A DNA stretch of 64,000 nucleotides from Methylotenera sp. (GTDB taxonomy: Bacteria; Pseudomonadota; Gammaproteobacteria; Burkholderiales; Methylophilaceae): positions 14,807 through 78,806 of the forward strand of contig JAKFDL010000023.1 of NCBI GenBank assembly GCA_036676175.1, written 5' to 3'. How positions within the stretch are numbered: position 1 is the stretch's first letter; every line of letters begins with the position of its first letter. The notes under the pieces were generated by a model. The model worked only from the letters and a program-made list of their open reading frames with translations. It was not told the origin of the DNA and did not search any database. Both the position numbers and the translations under genes were made by a program. Positions 42,680-52,793 of the stretch are shown piece after piece.

Positions 42680-44035
42680 TTATCTCTGCGTACAGCTTAA
42701 ATCATTGTGCATTGACGCTGAGAATAGTTTTTTAAGTGCTTCGCGTGGCAATTTACCGGTGTCGTTTCTTGGTAAAGACTCAACGAACAACAATGGCCTT
42801 GGCAAAAAAACCGGGTCTATCTGTAAGCGCAATGCTGCCAGAAGGGCAGAAGCAGTCAAACTTGGCGCAACTACACATGCAGCTAAACGGGTGACATGGT
42901 CATGCGACAACTCATCTGGCATATAAAAAGCGCCGTCAATGACACCATTAATGGCATTCAAGTGATGATTCAGATTAGCCAGTGAGCTACGTTTACCCGC
43001 GATATTAATCAAATCTTGCTGACGGCCAAGTAATAAAAAATAGTCAGCATCCGTCAGCTCTATGATGTCGTTAAGAGGTGAGGCTATTTCTACATGCCCG
43101 CCACCTGCCCAAATTTGTTCGGCATGCTGTGTTAATTTTACATCTGGCAGTAAATGCCATACCTCAGTTTGAGTGGTATGTCGCGTTGCTATCTGTCCAG
43201 TTTCTGTACTACCGTATATTTCGATTAAAGGAGACTTTAGATTCTTTTCAATTTTATGTGCTAACTGCGGTGATAAAGGTGCGGTTGCAGATAATGTCAG
43301 TGTAAGCGCGGGCACTTTGAGTTCAGCATCTAATAACAATCGCAAGTGTAATGGGGTAGAGACCAAGATGCGTGGTGAAGGGATGGCTTCCAGAATGTTG
43401 CAAATATCTGCAGGATAAAATGGATGTGCGCTACTAAGCGCATTGCCACTTTGCATAGGCAGCAATACTGTAGACTCCAGCCCGTACATATGCTGAGGTG
43501 GAATTGTGCCAACTATGATGTAACGAGTGTTAGCCAGCAATCCAAGTCTCGCTGCCTGTGCCTGCACATTGCTCACCAACGCACCCCAGCTTTTAGAATG
43601 CGGGATAGGCGTGCCGGTAGAGCCTGAGGTAAATACAATGGCTATGAGTTGCTGGATGCTGATCTGGGGAATTGCTATTTTTACCGCATGCTGAATAGGC
43701 ATAGGCGGATAACGAAATTGCGGTAATGCAACACTGCAATCGTCATGGTCATGCAGGCAGAATACATCGGGAGAAAAAGCCTGTAGCTGCCGCACCATAT
43801 CTGGCGTATGTGTGGGTGGTAACACGCTTATTTTGTTGCAAACAATGGCTGCAGCCAAACCAACTGTAAAATGATAGCGGTCTCGACATAAGTTAAGGAT
43901 GTGTTTACCTGCAGGCAGTAAGGTTGTTAGATAGTTAACGTCAGCCAGAAATTTTTCAACAGAAATGGCTTTGCCTTCATGCCATGCGATTGTTGCGTCA
44001 AAAGTGGTATGGGTGATTAGCGGTAAGGTTTGCAT
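42680..44035 (-). CDS. AMP-dependent aryl-acid ligase (XanA2-like starter loading)
   Basis: FTSGSTGTP, HMYGLES, YGSTETG and PRNDTGK. Confidence 0.87.
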   Translation of the reverse strand: MQTLPLITHTTFDATIAWHEGKAISVEKFLADVNYLTTLLPAGKHILNLCRDRYHFTVGLAAAIVCNKISVLPPTHTPDMVRQLQAFSPDVFCLHDHDDCSVALPQFRYPPMPIQHAVKIAIPQISIQQLIAIVFTSGSTGTPIPHSKSWGALVSNVQAQAARLGLLANTRYIIVGTIPPQHMYGLESTVLLPMQSGNALSSAHPFYPADICNILEAIPSPRILVSTPLHLRLLLDAELKVPALTLTLSATAPLSPQLAHKIEKNLKSPLIEIYGSTETGQIATRHTTQTEVWHLLPDVKLTQHAEQIWAGGGHVEIASPLNDIIELTDADYFLLLGRQQDLINIAGKRSSLANLNHHLNAINGVIDGAFYMPDELSHDHVTRLAACVVAPSLTASALLAALRLQIDPVFLPRPLLFVESLPRNDTGKLPREALKKLFSASMHNDLSCTQR

Positions 44036-44080
44036 GGAAAAGAGTTAAAACTTACCGAGCATAATAAATCGGTGGGTAAA

Positions 44081-44728
44081 TTAGCGTACACGGCTAGATT
44101 TATCTAAATACGCATATACTGCATCAAGTACATGCCCGCTAGGTAAATCTGTCAATAGACGTCGACGTAACATGAATTCAGCTAAGAACATTAATGCAAC
44201 GAGCGGTAGTGTTAAAAAGTTTACAAAGAATGACCATGTGGTTAGCGGGGCCAGAAAGAACAATGCAGTTGAGGTAATGCCAATGATTGCAAAAAATACC
44301 ACCCAAGCTACGGTCACGTTGCGCGCGTAACTTTCATGTGCTGGGGGTAGCGTTCCACGATTGATTATTTCGGCAAAAAACACGCATAAAGGTTTCCGTC
44401 CTGGTAATAAAGTCAGGCCAAAAGTCATTGCTAACGCTAGCATCAACCCTATATCCAGCATCCAGAATATTAGCCCAGTATGTTGCTTTATAAATGGCCA
44501 TGCCAGCCAAGAGGCGGCAATTAAAATCAATAATGAACATACGCTAACTAAGCGCGACTTAGCTTTCCAGGCATAGGTAACCACCAGCATGAATATGGGT
44601 GCTAAAGCTAACGTTGCGCCAAGCGCGCTGGCTTGGCCTAAGGTATTGACGTGATGTACCAGTAATGCATACATCACAATGACTGCCGTGATACCTAATC
44701 CGCGCGCAATTCTGATGGCTTTAGGCAT
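44081..44728 (-). CDS. COG4648-like membrane protein (aryl polyene cluster)
   Basis: FGLTL, YARNVTVAW, WSFFVNF and AEFMLRR. Confidence 0.8.
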   Translation of the reverse strand: MPKAIRIARGLGITAVIVMYALLVHHVNTLGQASALGATLALAPIFMLVVTYAWKAKSRLVSVCSLLILIAASWLAWPFIKQHTGLIFWMLDIGLMLALAMTFGLTLLPGRKPLCVFFAEIINRGTLPPAHESYARNVTVAWVVFFAIIGITSTALFFLAPLTTWSFFVNFLTLPLVALMFLAEFMLRRRLLTDLPSGHVLDAVYAYLDKSSRVR

Positions 44729-44742
44729 CTTTTATTTGAATC

Positions 44743-45012
44743 TCAAGTTGATCGGTGTGCCGCTACATAATCCGTTAGATTACGTAAAGAACTGAAGATT
44801 TGGTGATTGTTCTCGCTATCTGCTTTAAGCTGCAAGCCGTAGCGTTTTGAAACGACCAAAGCAACTTCGAGGATATCAATGGAATCCAGGCCAAGTCCGT
44901 CACCGTAAAGCGGCGCTTCCGGGTCAATTTCGGCTGCAGTCGTATCTAGATTTAAAGCCTGCACCATTAGTTCAGCTATTTCAATCTGCAAGGTTGTGTT
45001 GTTTTCAGTCAT
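44743..45012 (-). CDS. Acyl carrier protein
   Basis: GLGLDSIDILE phosphopantetheine attachment site. Confidence 0.93.
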   Translation of the reverse strand: MTENNTTLQIEIAELMVQALNLDTTAAEIDPEAPLYGDGLGLDSIDILEVALVVSKRYGLQLKADSENNHQIFSSLRNLTDYVAAHRST

Positions 45013-45269
45013 GATTGTCTTTTTAAAATAAACTCGTTCGATTGGATGAGTAATTAACGGATGCGGTAATAGTATAGTGAGTCGCTACACAAGTGAAGTT
45101 TTTTTGTGGATCCTTTAGAAACTCAACAAATACTTAAACGACATTGCTATAACGACATAAAAGCTAAACTAAGCTCGTTCATTATATCAAGTTGTCCGTA
45201 ATCGAAACATAAGCAAATTCTTACAATAGATTAAGATGAATCAAAACAATCATTGCTACTTGCAAAGTT

Positions 45270-45299
45270 AAACGGCAACCCTCAGGGTTGCCGTTTTTT
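45270..45299 (+). terminator. Rho-independent terminator in a divergent intergenic region
   Basis: AAACGGCAACCC-TCA-GGGTTGCCGTTT followed by a T tract. Confidence 0.75.
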
Positions 45300-45539
45300 G
45301 TCTAGTTCGAGATCTAATTTATAAAGCGAACATCGACAGTTGCAGATTAAGCTTCTACAACTTTTAAATTAATAAGAATCTGTCCGATTTTAGAGTAAGA
45401 ATTTTCTTATATGACAAGATTGTATCGAGTAGGCAGCACGTTTGTTAAAAAATTTTAGCTTCAGTTAGATGGCACACAGACAACTTTTCAAAACCTTGTA
45501 ATCTGTGACTAACTAAATAGTTTAGATAAAGGATTAATC

Positions 45540-45980
45540 ATGCATTTCTTACGCAACATTTTTCTGATATTACCGCTGAGCTTTAGTTTAAGTGTATTGG
45601 CAGCAGATCCAAATAATACCACTGAACAAAGAGACAAAACTTTGGAGCGCCGTCACTCTGGAGAAACGATGCCAATGCGCGATTGCCTGGTTAAAAATGG
45701 TAATGATAAAGCCTTTTGTGAAAAGGAATTAGCTGACAATCCTACCGGTGTCAAAGCTACTGATACCCCCCGTCGTAGCATCCCTAACACCAACACTCAA
45801 ATGCGGGATGATATTAAAACGAGAAATACCAATCCTACAGATGTACAAACGCCTGACAGTCAACTGAGCGTTCCAAGGATTGAACCGTTACCACCTAGCA
45901 GTAATAATTCCAGTGGCAGCACTCCCAATACTACAGGCACGGGTAATGCAAACGCTGCTGGTACTAATACAACACAATAA
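45540..45980 (+). CDS. Secreted Pro/Thr/Asn-rich low-complexity protein
   Basis: Signal peptide ending VLAA, AAGGA RBS, a Cys pair and a disordered tail. Confidence 0.7.
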   Translation: MHFLRNIFLILPLSFSLSVLAADPNNTTEQRDKTLERRHSGETMPMRDCLVKNGNDKAFCEKELADNPTGVKATDTPRRSIPNTNTQMRDDIKTRNTNPTDVQTPDSQLSVPRIEPLPPSSNNSSGSTPNTTGTGNANAAGTNTTQ

Positions 45981-46001
45981 ATCGGACACGCTGCCGCAGG
46001 A

Positions 46002-46484
46002 ATGATGAAACCAAAAGAAAGCGAGCTTAGGCTAACCTTAAGCGACATATTCAGAAAAATGGCAGCTTCTTTTGTCGACGCAATTAGTTCTGTGTGGGCG
46101 TTTCTTTTTTTCTTTATAGCAATTCTAATTTGGTTCTTAGTGGGAATTTTATTTGGATTTACAGAGACATTACAGATGTTTCTACATAACACCCTTAATA
46201 TAGTCACCCTGTTTATAGTGCTGTTGATACAACATAATAAATATCGCGATAACAGATCGATGCATATTAAGTTAGATGAACTATTAAACGGCGTGGAAGG
46301 TTCTCGTAATGCGTTTATAAACATTCAAAAGGAATTTGATAAAGACCTTGATAAGCTTGAGGATGAGGTGGTGGTTAACAAAACAGATGACATTGACAGC
46401 ACATCTAAAGCACAGAAACGGCAGAGCACTAAACAAAAGATTGTTAGTGCAAATAAACTAAGTACTACAAGTAAAGTTAAGTAA
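46002..46484 (+). CDS. Low-affinity iron permease (Fet4-like) family protein
   Basis: FLLIQH-like segment, SMHIKLDELL and SRNAFINI. Confidence 0.72.
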   Translation: MMKPKESELRLTLSDIFRKMAASFVDAISSVWAFLFFFIAILIWFLVGILFGFTETLQMFLHNTLNIVTLFIVLLIQHNKYRDNRSMHIKLDELLNGVEGSRNAFINIQKEFDKDLDKLEDEVVVNKTDDIDSTSKAQKRQSTKQKIVSANKLSTTSKVK

Positions 46485-46634
46485 GCGCAAGAAATTTTCG
46501 GCTGAAGCCATCTGGTTATTAAGTTGATGTTTTGTAGTCATTTTCTTACATCAAAAATCTTAACTTTCGATAAAGTTTTAGTTAAAATAAATTATATTTC
46601 AGATATAAATAATTATTTTTGAAAGGGGTCAGAA

Positions 46635-46937
46635 ATGTGTTGGCAGTGTATTGAGTCTCATTGGCCTGAGTTTAAAATTAATGCAAAAAAAAACTGGGAT
46701 CAATTAACTAATAAACAGTTAGATTTTATTGCAGGAAACCGAGAAAATTTTCTTATCACTTTACAACTCAGCTATGGTCTACCGCGTAAGGAAGCTGATT
46801 ACCAACTTTTAAACTGGGAGACTAGACAATTCGATCGTAAGCCCTACAATAGGCGCGCGAATATTCAAACAATTGAGAATAAGCTTGGAAGGCGTTTAGA
46901 ACACGATAAGGAATTACGTAATAGCAGTCTAGTTTAA
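46635..46937 (+). CDS. CsbD-like general stress protein
   Basis: WPEFKINAKKNWDQLT...IAGNRENF...YG resembles the CsbD WGKLTDDDL...G.R pattern. Confidence 0.65.
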   Translation: MCWQCIESHWPEFKINAKKNWDQLTNKQLDFIAGNRENFLITLQLSYGLPRKEADYQLLNWETRQFDRKPYNRRANIQTIENKLGRRLEHDKELRNSSLV

Positions 46938-47001
46938 AAATCGTTAGCCCATTCGATAGAAGCCGATTGTCACCTAAGATCTTATCCTAATTACTCCGAA
47001 C

Positions 47002-47043
47002 AGCTTTTGCTGGCGGGCTTTAATACTCCCACCGGCAAAAGCT
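47002..47043. terminator. Bidirectional terminator-like hairpin
   Basis: AGCTTTTGCTGGCGGG-N10-CCCACCGGCAAAAGCT; 16-bp stem with one wobble and one mismatch. Confidence 0.65.
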
Positions 47044-47439
47044 AGTTAAATAAATACTAGGTGAATAAAAATAGTTAACTTCTATTTATATTCCACTTCG
47101 AGCTGAGTTTTCCGTTCAGCTATTTTGGCTCCCAGTTCCGTCATATTTAATCCATTCAACAATAACTTTACGGCAGTTAAGTGGTAGGCGAAGGTGCTTT
47201 CAGTTGGGGTTTCGAATTGTCGCTAAATTCGCACAAAATTTTTGTAACAGACAGTACTACCTGCATCTGGCTGGTCCTTAACTTGAGCATCCGTTGATGT
47301 TAAAAAATTCCATTGTAGTTAGGCATCCAACTTTAATCTTTTAGTTAAGTAAATCTGCAGTTATGTACGATGGATGACAGAGACGGTTAATCAATAGTGC
47401 AATACTTTCCTCACTTTTATTAACTTAGGGGGAGTAAAC

Positions 47440-48411
47440 ATGGCAATTTCATATGTCGGCACCGATGAGCTTGAAATCGTAAATATCCCGCCAGACTCAT
47501 ATACAAATAGGTCTATAAATTCCAGTGCAGTTTCTTGGGGTGCAATCTTTGCTGGCGCAGCTGTTGCCGCGGCACTTTCATTAATCTTGTTAATACTGGG
47601 TGCAGGGCTGGGATTATCCACAGTTTCACCATGGGCGAATAAAGGTTTCAGTGCGGCTACGTTTGGAGTTTCCACCATTGTCTGGTTAACCGTCACCCAG
47701 ATTCTTGCCGCTGGCATGGGTGGGTATTTGGCGGGAAGACTTAGAACAAAATGGGACGGTGTACATTCAGACGAAGTGTTTTTTCGTGACACAGCACATG
47801 GTTTCTTAGCATGGTCTGTTGCAACTTTGGCTACTGCAGCTTTGTTGACTTCGGTGATAGGATCAGTTGTAAAGAGTGGAGTCCAAGCTGGCGCCACTGT
47901 GGTAGAAAGTGCTGCAGTTGCCGCCGCCGGAAAGGCTGATGACGGCCTTAATCAATTGGACAAAACAGGCAATGCAAGCGCAACTTCAATAAACGGAGGC
48001 AACTACTTTATTGATTCTCTGTTTCGCGCAGCTCCGACCTCTCCCGATACACTAAGCGCTAATCCTCAAACAGATATTTCACAAAAAAACGCCTCTACTG
48101 CAGAAGTTATCCGCATTTTAGCTAATTCAAAGGATAACAAATCGCTACCTGCAGAGGATGTTTCTTATATCAGTCTGTTAATAGCAAACAATACCGGATT
48201 GACTCAACAAGAGGCAGAAAGTCGCTTCAATGAGACTTATGCCCAGATGCAGAAAGAAAAACTGGAAGCGGAACTAGCGGCTAAAAATACGGCTGAAAAA
48301 GTGCGTAAAGCAACAATTTACGCAACCTTGTGGCTGTTTGTTTCACTTCTGATGGGGGCGTTCTCCGCCAGCCTAGCCGCTACTTGGGGCGGTCGTAGTC
48401 GCGATGCTTAA
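47440..48411 (+). CDS. Conserved multi-pass membrane protein
   Basis: SAVSWGAIFAGA, GGYLAGRLR and RDTAHGFLAWSV; GGGGGAG RBS. Confidence 0.85.
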   Translation: MAISYVGTDELEIVNIPPDSYTNRSINSSAVSWGAIFAGAAVAAALSLILLILGAGLGLSTVSPWANKGFSAATFGVSTIVWLTVTQILAAGMGGYLAGRLRTKWDGVHSDEVFFRDTAHGFLAWSVATLATAALLTSVIGSVVKSGVQAGATVVESAAVAAAGKADDGLNQLDKTGNASATSINGGNYFIDSLFRAAPTSPDTLSANPQTDISQKNASTAEVIRILANSKDNKSLPAEDVSYISLLIANNTGLTQQEAESRFNETYAQMQKEKLEAELAAKNTAEKVRKATIYATLWLFVSLLMGAFSASLAATWGGRSRDA

Positions 48412-48464
48412 CCTAAAATTTAACCACTCAATCTTAACTATTTTTTATTAATTTGGAGACTCAC

Positions 48465-48536
48465 ATGCGTTCATTATTATTATTTTTTCTCGGCATTCCT
48501 ATTCCACTTATTATTTTAATTGCTTTATTTACGTAA
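48465..48536 (+). CDS. 23-aa hydrophobic small protein MRSLLLFFLGIPIPLIILIALFT
   Basis: GGAG RBS 7 nt upstream; single TM; below the ORF-track cutoff. Confidence 0.75.
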   Translation: MRSLLLFFLGIPIPLIILIALFT

Positions 48537-48633
48537 GCTAAAACAAGAAAAAGCAAAGAAGTTAAGTATGAATGTAGCCAACTATATTTTATGGGCTACA
48601 CAACTAAATATTTAAATCCATAGGAAATCTTGT

Positions 48634-50727
48634 ATGAGTAGCGATAAAACAGTCAACAGTAAGGACAGGTCAGCTAATAAAGACGATATTCAATCAGGTA
48701 AAGGCGGAGAACTCCATCAGCGCGCTGGCGGTGAGCATGGAATGCTGACGACCAACCAGGGTTTAGGTATATCAGATAACCAAAATTCCCTCCGTGCTAA
48801 TCCTAAGGGTCCTACGTTACTGGAGGATTTTATCCTGCGGGAAAAAATCACCCATTTCGATCATGAACGCATCCCGGAGCGCATTGTGCATGCGCGCGGC
48901 ACAGGCGTGCATGGGTATTTTGAATTAACGGCTTCATTACAAGAGCACACAACTGCAAAAATACTCACTGAGGTAGGTAAAAAAACCCCGTTATTTACCC
49001 GCTTTTCGACTGTTGCAGGGGGCTCAGGCTCTGTGGATACGCCGCGAGACGTGCGTGGCTTTGCCGTTAAGTTTTATACGGAAGAGGGCAATTGGGATTT
49101 AGTTGGGAATAATATCCCGGTCTTTTTTATTCAAGATGCAATTAAGTTTCCAGATTTAGTCCATGCGGTAAAAATGGAGCCGGACCGCGGGTTCCCTCAG
49201 TCTGCCACTGCCCACGACACTTTTTGGGACTTTATCTCGCTTACCCCGGAATCCATGCATATGGTGATGTGGATTATGTCTGACCGCACGATACCACGTT
49301 CATTGCGAATGATTGAAGGCTTTGGCGTACATAGTTTCAGGCTCATTAATAAGGCCGGAAATTCAACTTTTGTGAAATTCCATTGGCGACCTAAACTTGG
49401 GCTGCAATCTACGGTATGGGATGAAGCAGTCAAGATAGCCGGCGCAGATCCGGATTTCCAGCGGCGTGAGATGTTTGAGGCAATTCAAGCTGGTAACTTT
49501 CCTGAATGGGAGCTGGCGGTGCAGCTTTTTACACAAGAGGAAGCGGATCAATTTCCCTTTGACCACTTGGATGCTACCAAATTAATCCCAGAGGAGCTGG
49601 TTCCACTAAAAGTCGTCGGACGTATGGTGCTGGATCGTTGGCCTAATAATTTCTTTGCTGAAACAGAACAAGTTGCATTTTGCCCATCCCACATAGTGCC
49701 TGGCATCGATTTTAGCAACGACCCGCTTTTACAAGGACGTTTATTTTCATATTTAGATACTCAGCTGTCGCGTCTAGGCTCACCAAATTTTCACCAGATA
49801 CCAATCAATGCGCCAAAATGTCCATTTGCCAACCATCAACGTGATGGCCACATGCAGATGGAGCAGCCAGTTGGCAGGGTTTCATATGAACCTAATTCAT
49901 TGTCACCAGATTCCCCCCGTGAGTCTTTAAAAGGTTTTAGCAGCATGACTGCCGAAGAAGTGGGAGAGAAGGGCAGGATTAGGGCTGAAAGCTTTGCAGA
50001 TCATTACTCTCAAGCAAGACAGTTTTTTATTAGCCAAACTGCTTATGAACAGGCGCATATTGCCTCTGCGCTGGTTTTTGAGCTTTCCAAAGTAGAACAT
50101 TTACACATTAGAGAAGCAATGGTCGGGCATTTGCGTCATATTTCACAAGACTTGGGAGGCCGAGTTGCCAAAGGGTTAGGCTTAGACAAAATGCCGAATC
50201 CCCCAAGAACTGCAGTCCAAGTACAGGAATTGCCGCCATCACCAGCATTGCAAATCATTGGAAAAATGAAAGACACTTTGCAAGGGCGTGTCGTTGGTAT
50301 TCTTATTGCCGATGGATCAGACGCTACTTCCATTAACAGTATTAAAAAAGCAGTTGTAAAAGCAGGTGCAAGTGTCAAAATCGTGGGGCCAAAAATTGGT
50401 GGTGCCAAATTAAGCGATGGTTCTACTCAGGCAATCGACGGACAGCTTGCTGGTACACCTTCCGTATTATTTGACGCTGTTGCGATTATTCTTTCAGGTG
50501 AGGGTGCGAAAACACTCTCGACAGAATCGGCTGCTATTGATTTCGCTCGAGATGCCTTCGGTCATTTGAAAGCCATAGCTGTGGATAGTGGAGGCGAAGC
50601 TATATTAACTAAAGCAAACATAAATGCTGATAAAGGTATAGTCAATATTTCAGAGGTTGAAACATTTATTTCTTTGGCTAAAACCCGCCAATTCGATAGA
50701 GAAAAGTCAATTAGAACATTGGCATAG
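48634..50727 (+). CDS. katE: Large-subunit monofunctional catalase HPII
   Basis: [27 protein letters not shown] and RLFSYLDTQ, plus a C-terminal DJ-1-like domain. Confidence 0.97.
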   Translation: MSSDKTVNSKDRSANKDDIQSGKGGELHQRAGGEHGMLTTNQGLGISDNQNSLRANPKGPTLLEDFILREKITHFDHERIPERIVHARGTGVHGYFELTASLQEHTTAKILTEVGKKTPLFTRFSTVAGGSGSVDTPRDVRGFAVKFYTEEGNWDLVGNNIPVFFIQDAIKFPDLVHAVKMEPDRGFPQSATAHDTFWDFISLTPESMHMVMWIMSDRTIPRSLRMIEGFGVHSFRLINKAGNSTFVKFHWRPKLGLQSTVWDEAVKIAGADPDFQRREMFEAIQAGNFPEWELAVQLFTQEEADQFPFDHLDATKLIPEELVPLKVVGRMVLDRWPNNFFAETEQVAFCPSHIVPGIDFSNDPLLQGRLFSYLDTQLSRLGSPNFHQIPINAPKCPFANHQRDGHMQMEQPVGRVSYEPNSLSPDSPRESLKGFSSMTAEEVGEKGRIRAESFADHYSQARQFFISQTAYEQAHIASALVFELSKVEHLHIREAMVGHLRHISQDLGGRVAKGLGLDKMPNPPRTAVQVQELPPSPALQIIGKMKDTLQGRVVGILIADGSDATSINSIKKAVVKAGASVKIVGPKIGGAKLSDGSTQAIDGQLAGTPSVLFDAVAIILSGEGAKTLSTESAAIDFARDAFGHLKAIAVDSGGEAILTKANINADKGIVNISEVETFISLAKTRQFDREKSIRTLA

Positions 50728-50886
50728 CAGGAGATTTGTTTATTAAGTCAATGTGATTGAATGGTTGCTCTTGCTTGATGAATACCCCAATTATTTTGAT
50801 TTAGATAAATTAGATATAGGAATACTTAATGTATATCAAAAAAGAAAATAGCTTGCAGCTTAAAACTGTCGTTATTTGTGTAAGCA

Positions 50887-52707
50887 ATGTTCCTCTCAAA
50901 CTTTAAAGAAATTTTAAGAGGATATAAAACATATATATTTATACTTTTAATCCCCGTCGTTCTTTTACTTTTTCTGTATGTTTTTAACTGGAATTGGTTA
51001 AAACCATTCGTGATAAGTTATGTAAGTCAAAAGTCAGAGCGTTTAGTCAAGATAGGCAAGCTGGATGTGAAATTCTCCGGTTTGCTCAATCCAACATTAA
51101 AATTTGATGAGCTGTATATTTCAAATGCACAATGGTCAAATAAGCGCCCTTTGATTTCAGCCAAAAAGATTTCTTTCAAATTCAATGCCATTCAATTCTT
51201 ATTGAACCCAGAGGCTAGAAACGTTCATGTAACCATGTCAGATAGTGAAGTTAATCTGGAAAGATTAAGGGATGGACTAAGAAATTGGAGGCTTTTAAAG
51301 CCTAATTATAAAGGCGTCGGTAAGTATGTCGTACTTTCACTATCAGCGGAAAATAGTGAAATTAGTTTTAACAACCATGCACTTCAATTGAACATAACTG
51401 CCAAATCGAGTCCCAATTTAACCTCGACGCAATTACCAAATAAAATAAAATTTTCGGGTAGCTACCTCAAAGGGCCATTTGATGGGGTCGTATTAACGAG
51501 TTCAAAAGTTACTTTTCAGAAAACTAACGAGCTTTTTGATATGAATGGCTATGCAAATCAAGGTAAAAATAAAATAAACATAGTGGGCAAAGTAGGCGAT
51601 GTTTATAGGGATGCTTTAATAGACGCTGAGGTTGGGGTAACAGGCAATATTTTCTCTTTAGTCAACAACTTGGGCAATGAGTCTTTGGTTGGGAAAAATT
51701 CATTCAATCTGTCTACGCACTTACATAAATTAAAAAATAATTATAAATTCGAAAATTTTCACGGAAAGATTAATGGATCTGATCTAAAGGGCTATTTGTT
51801 ATATGTTGATGACAGCGAAGCGCCGCAAGCTTTGGGCAATTTTACAAGTAAAGAAATCAATTTTAAGAGTATGGCTGATCTGTACGCTCAGCTAGATAAA
51901 AGTAAATTTAAACCCGGATACCCATTCCCGATAATTGGGCATTTAAAAAAAACGCATTTAAATTTAATGGTTAATATCGATCATATAGTCAATATTAAAC
52001 ATATGGATATTAGGAATTTGAAGGTTGCAGTGAATGGTAGTAATGAGGAATTTGATATAAATATTGAGACTGACCAATTAAATGGGGGCAAGCTTTCAGC
52101 GAATGTCACTATTAAACCTGCTAATAAACCAGCTCAGGATTTGTCAGCAGTTCATATGGACGTTATTGTCAAGAAGCTGAAACTTGCAAGCCTATTAAAC
52201 AACTCTGAATTAGACAATAAAGTATCAGCTCCTGTAGATATAAAAATACAGGGGGACAGCGTAGGCAATTCATTTCGAGAGTTCATTTCTAACGCATCTG
52301 GTAAAGCGGATATAACGCTGGGTAAAGGTATGATTTCAAATAAACTTGACGCTAAGTTGGGCTTAGATTTCGGCAAAGTTTTCTGGCTCTCATTTCGAGA
52401 GGACAAAAATATAACTTTAAATTGCGGCAAAATAAGTTTTAACATCAAAAAGGGTTTTGCAAACTCAAGGTCATTATTTATTGATACCTCTCAAACTACG
52501 ATTAACGGTCAAAGTGATTTCGATTTTGGCAATAAACGCCTGAATGTTTTGTTGGATCCTGCCCCCAAAAATCCAACATTATTTGCAAAAAATGAATCTA
52601 TTAAATTAACGGGGTATTTGGATGGGGCGAATTACAAGTTTAAAACCTCTACTACTAAATTTAAAAACCCTCAAAATTTAATTTTGCAGAGTTGCAATAC
52701 TCATTGA
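50887..52707 (+). CDS. AsmA family protein
   Basis: N-terminal anchor FNWNWLKP, VNLERLRDGLRNW and a C-terminal LNCG...LFIDT region. Confidence 0.75.
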   Translation: MFLSNFKEILRGYKTYIFILLIPVVLLLFLYVFNWNWLKPFVISYVSQKSERLVKIGKLDVKFSGLLNPTLKFDELYISNAQWSNKRPLISAKKISFKFNAIQFLLNPEARNVHVTMSDSEVNLERLRDGLRNWRLLKPNYKGVGKYVVLSLSAENSEISFNNHALQLNITAKSSPNLTSTQLPNKIKFSGSYLKGPFDGVVLTSSKVTFQKTNELFDMNGYANQGKNKINIVGKVGDVYRDALIDAEVGVTGNIFSLVNNLGNESLVGKNSFNLSTHLHKLKNNYKFENFHGKINGSDLKGYLLYVDDSEAPQALGNFTSKEINFKSMADLYAQLDKSKFKPGYPFPIIGHLKKTHLNLMVNIDHIVNIKHMDIRNLKVAVNGSNEEFDINIETDQLNGGKLSANVTIKPANKPAQDLSAVHMDVIVKKLKLASLLNNSELDNKVSAPVDIKIQGDSVGNSFREFISNASGKADITLGKGMISNKLDAKLGLDFGKVFWLSFREDKNITLNCGKISFNIKKGFANSRSLFIDTSQTTINGQSDFDFGNKRLNVLLDPAPKNPTLFAKNESIKLTGYLDGANYKFKTSTTKFKNPQNLILQSCNTH

Positions 52708-52793
52708 TTTGCACAGGAAAAGCCGGGCATACAGAAATTAGGGATAGAGCTTAATATAAACTTAATAAAACAAAAGTTTCGTTTAAATAGTGA

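Noticed and set aside
45860-46324. 154-aa minus-strand ORF, and the many other 60-170 aa ORFs overlapping annotated genes
   Set aside because: They are antisense or out-of-frame to well-supported genes and lack recognisable motifs.
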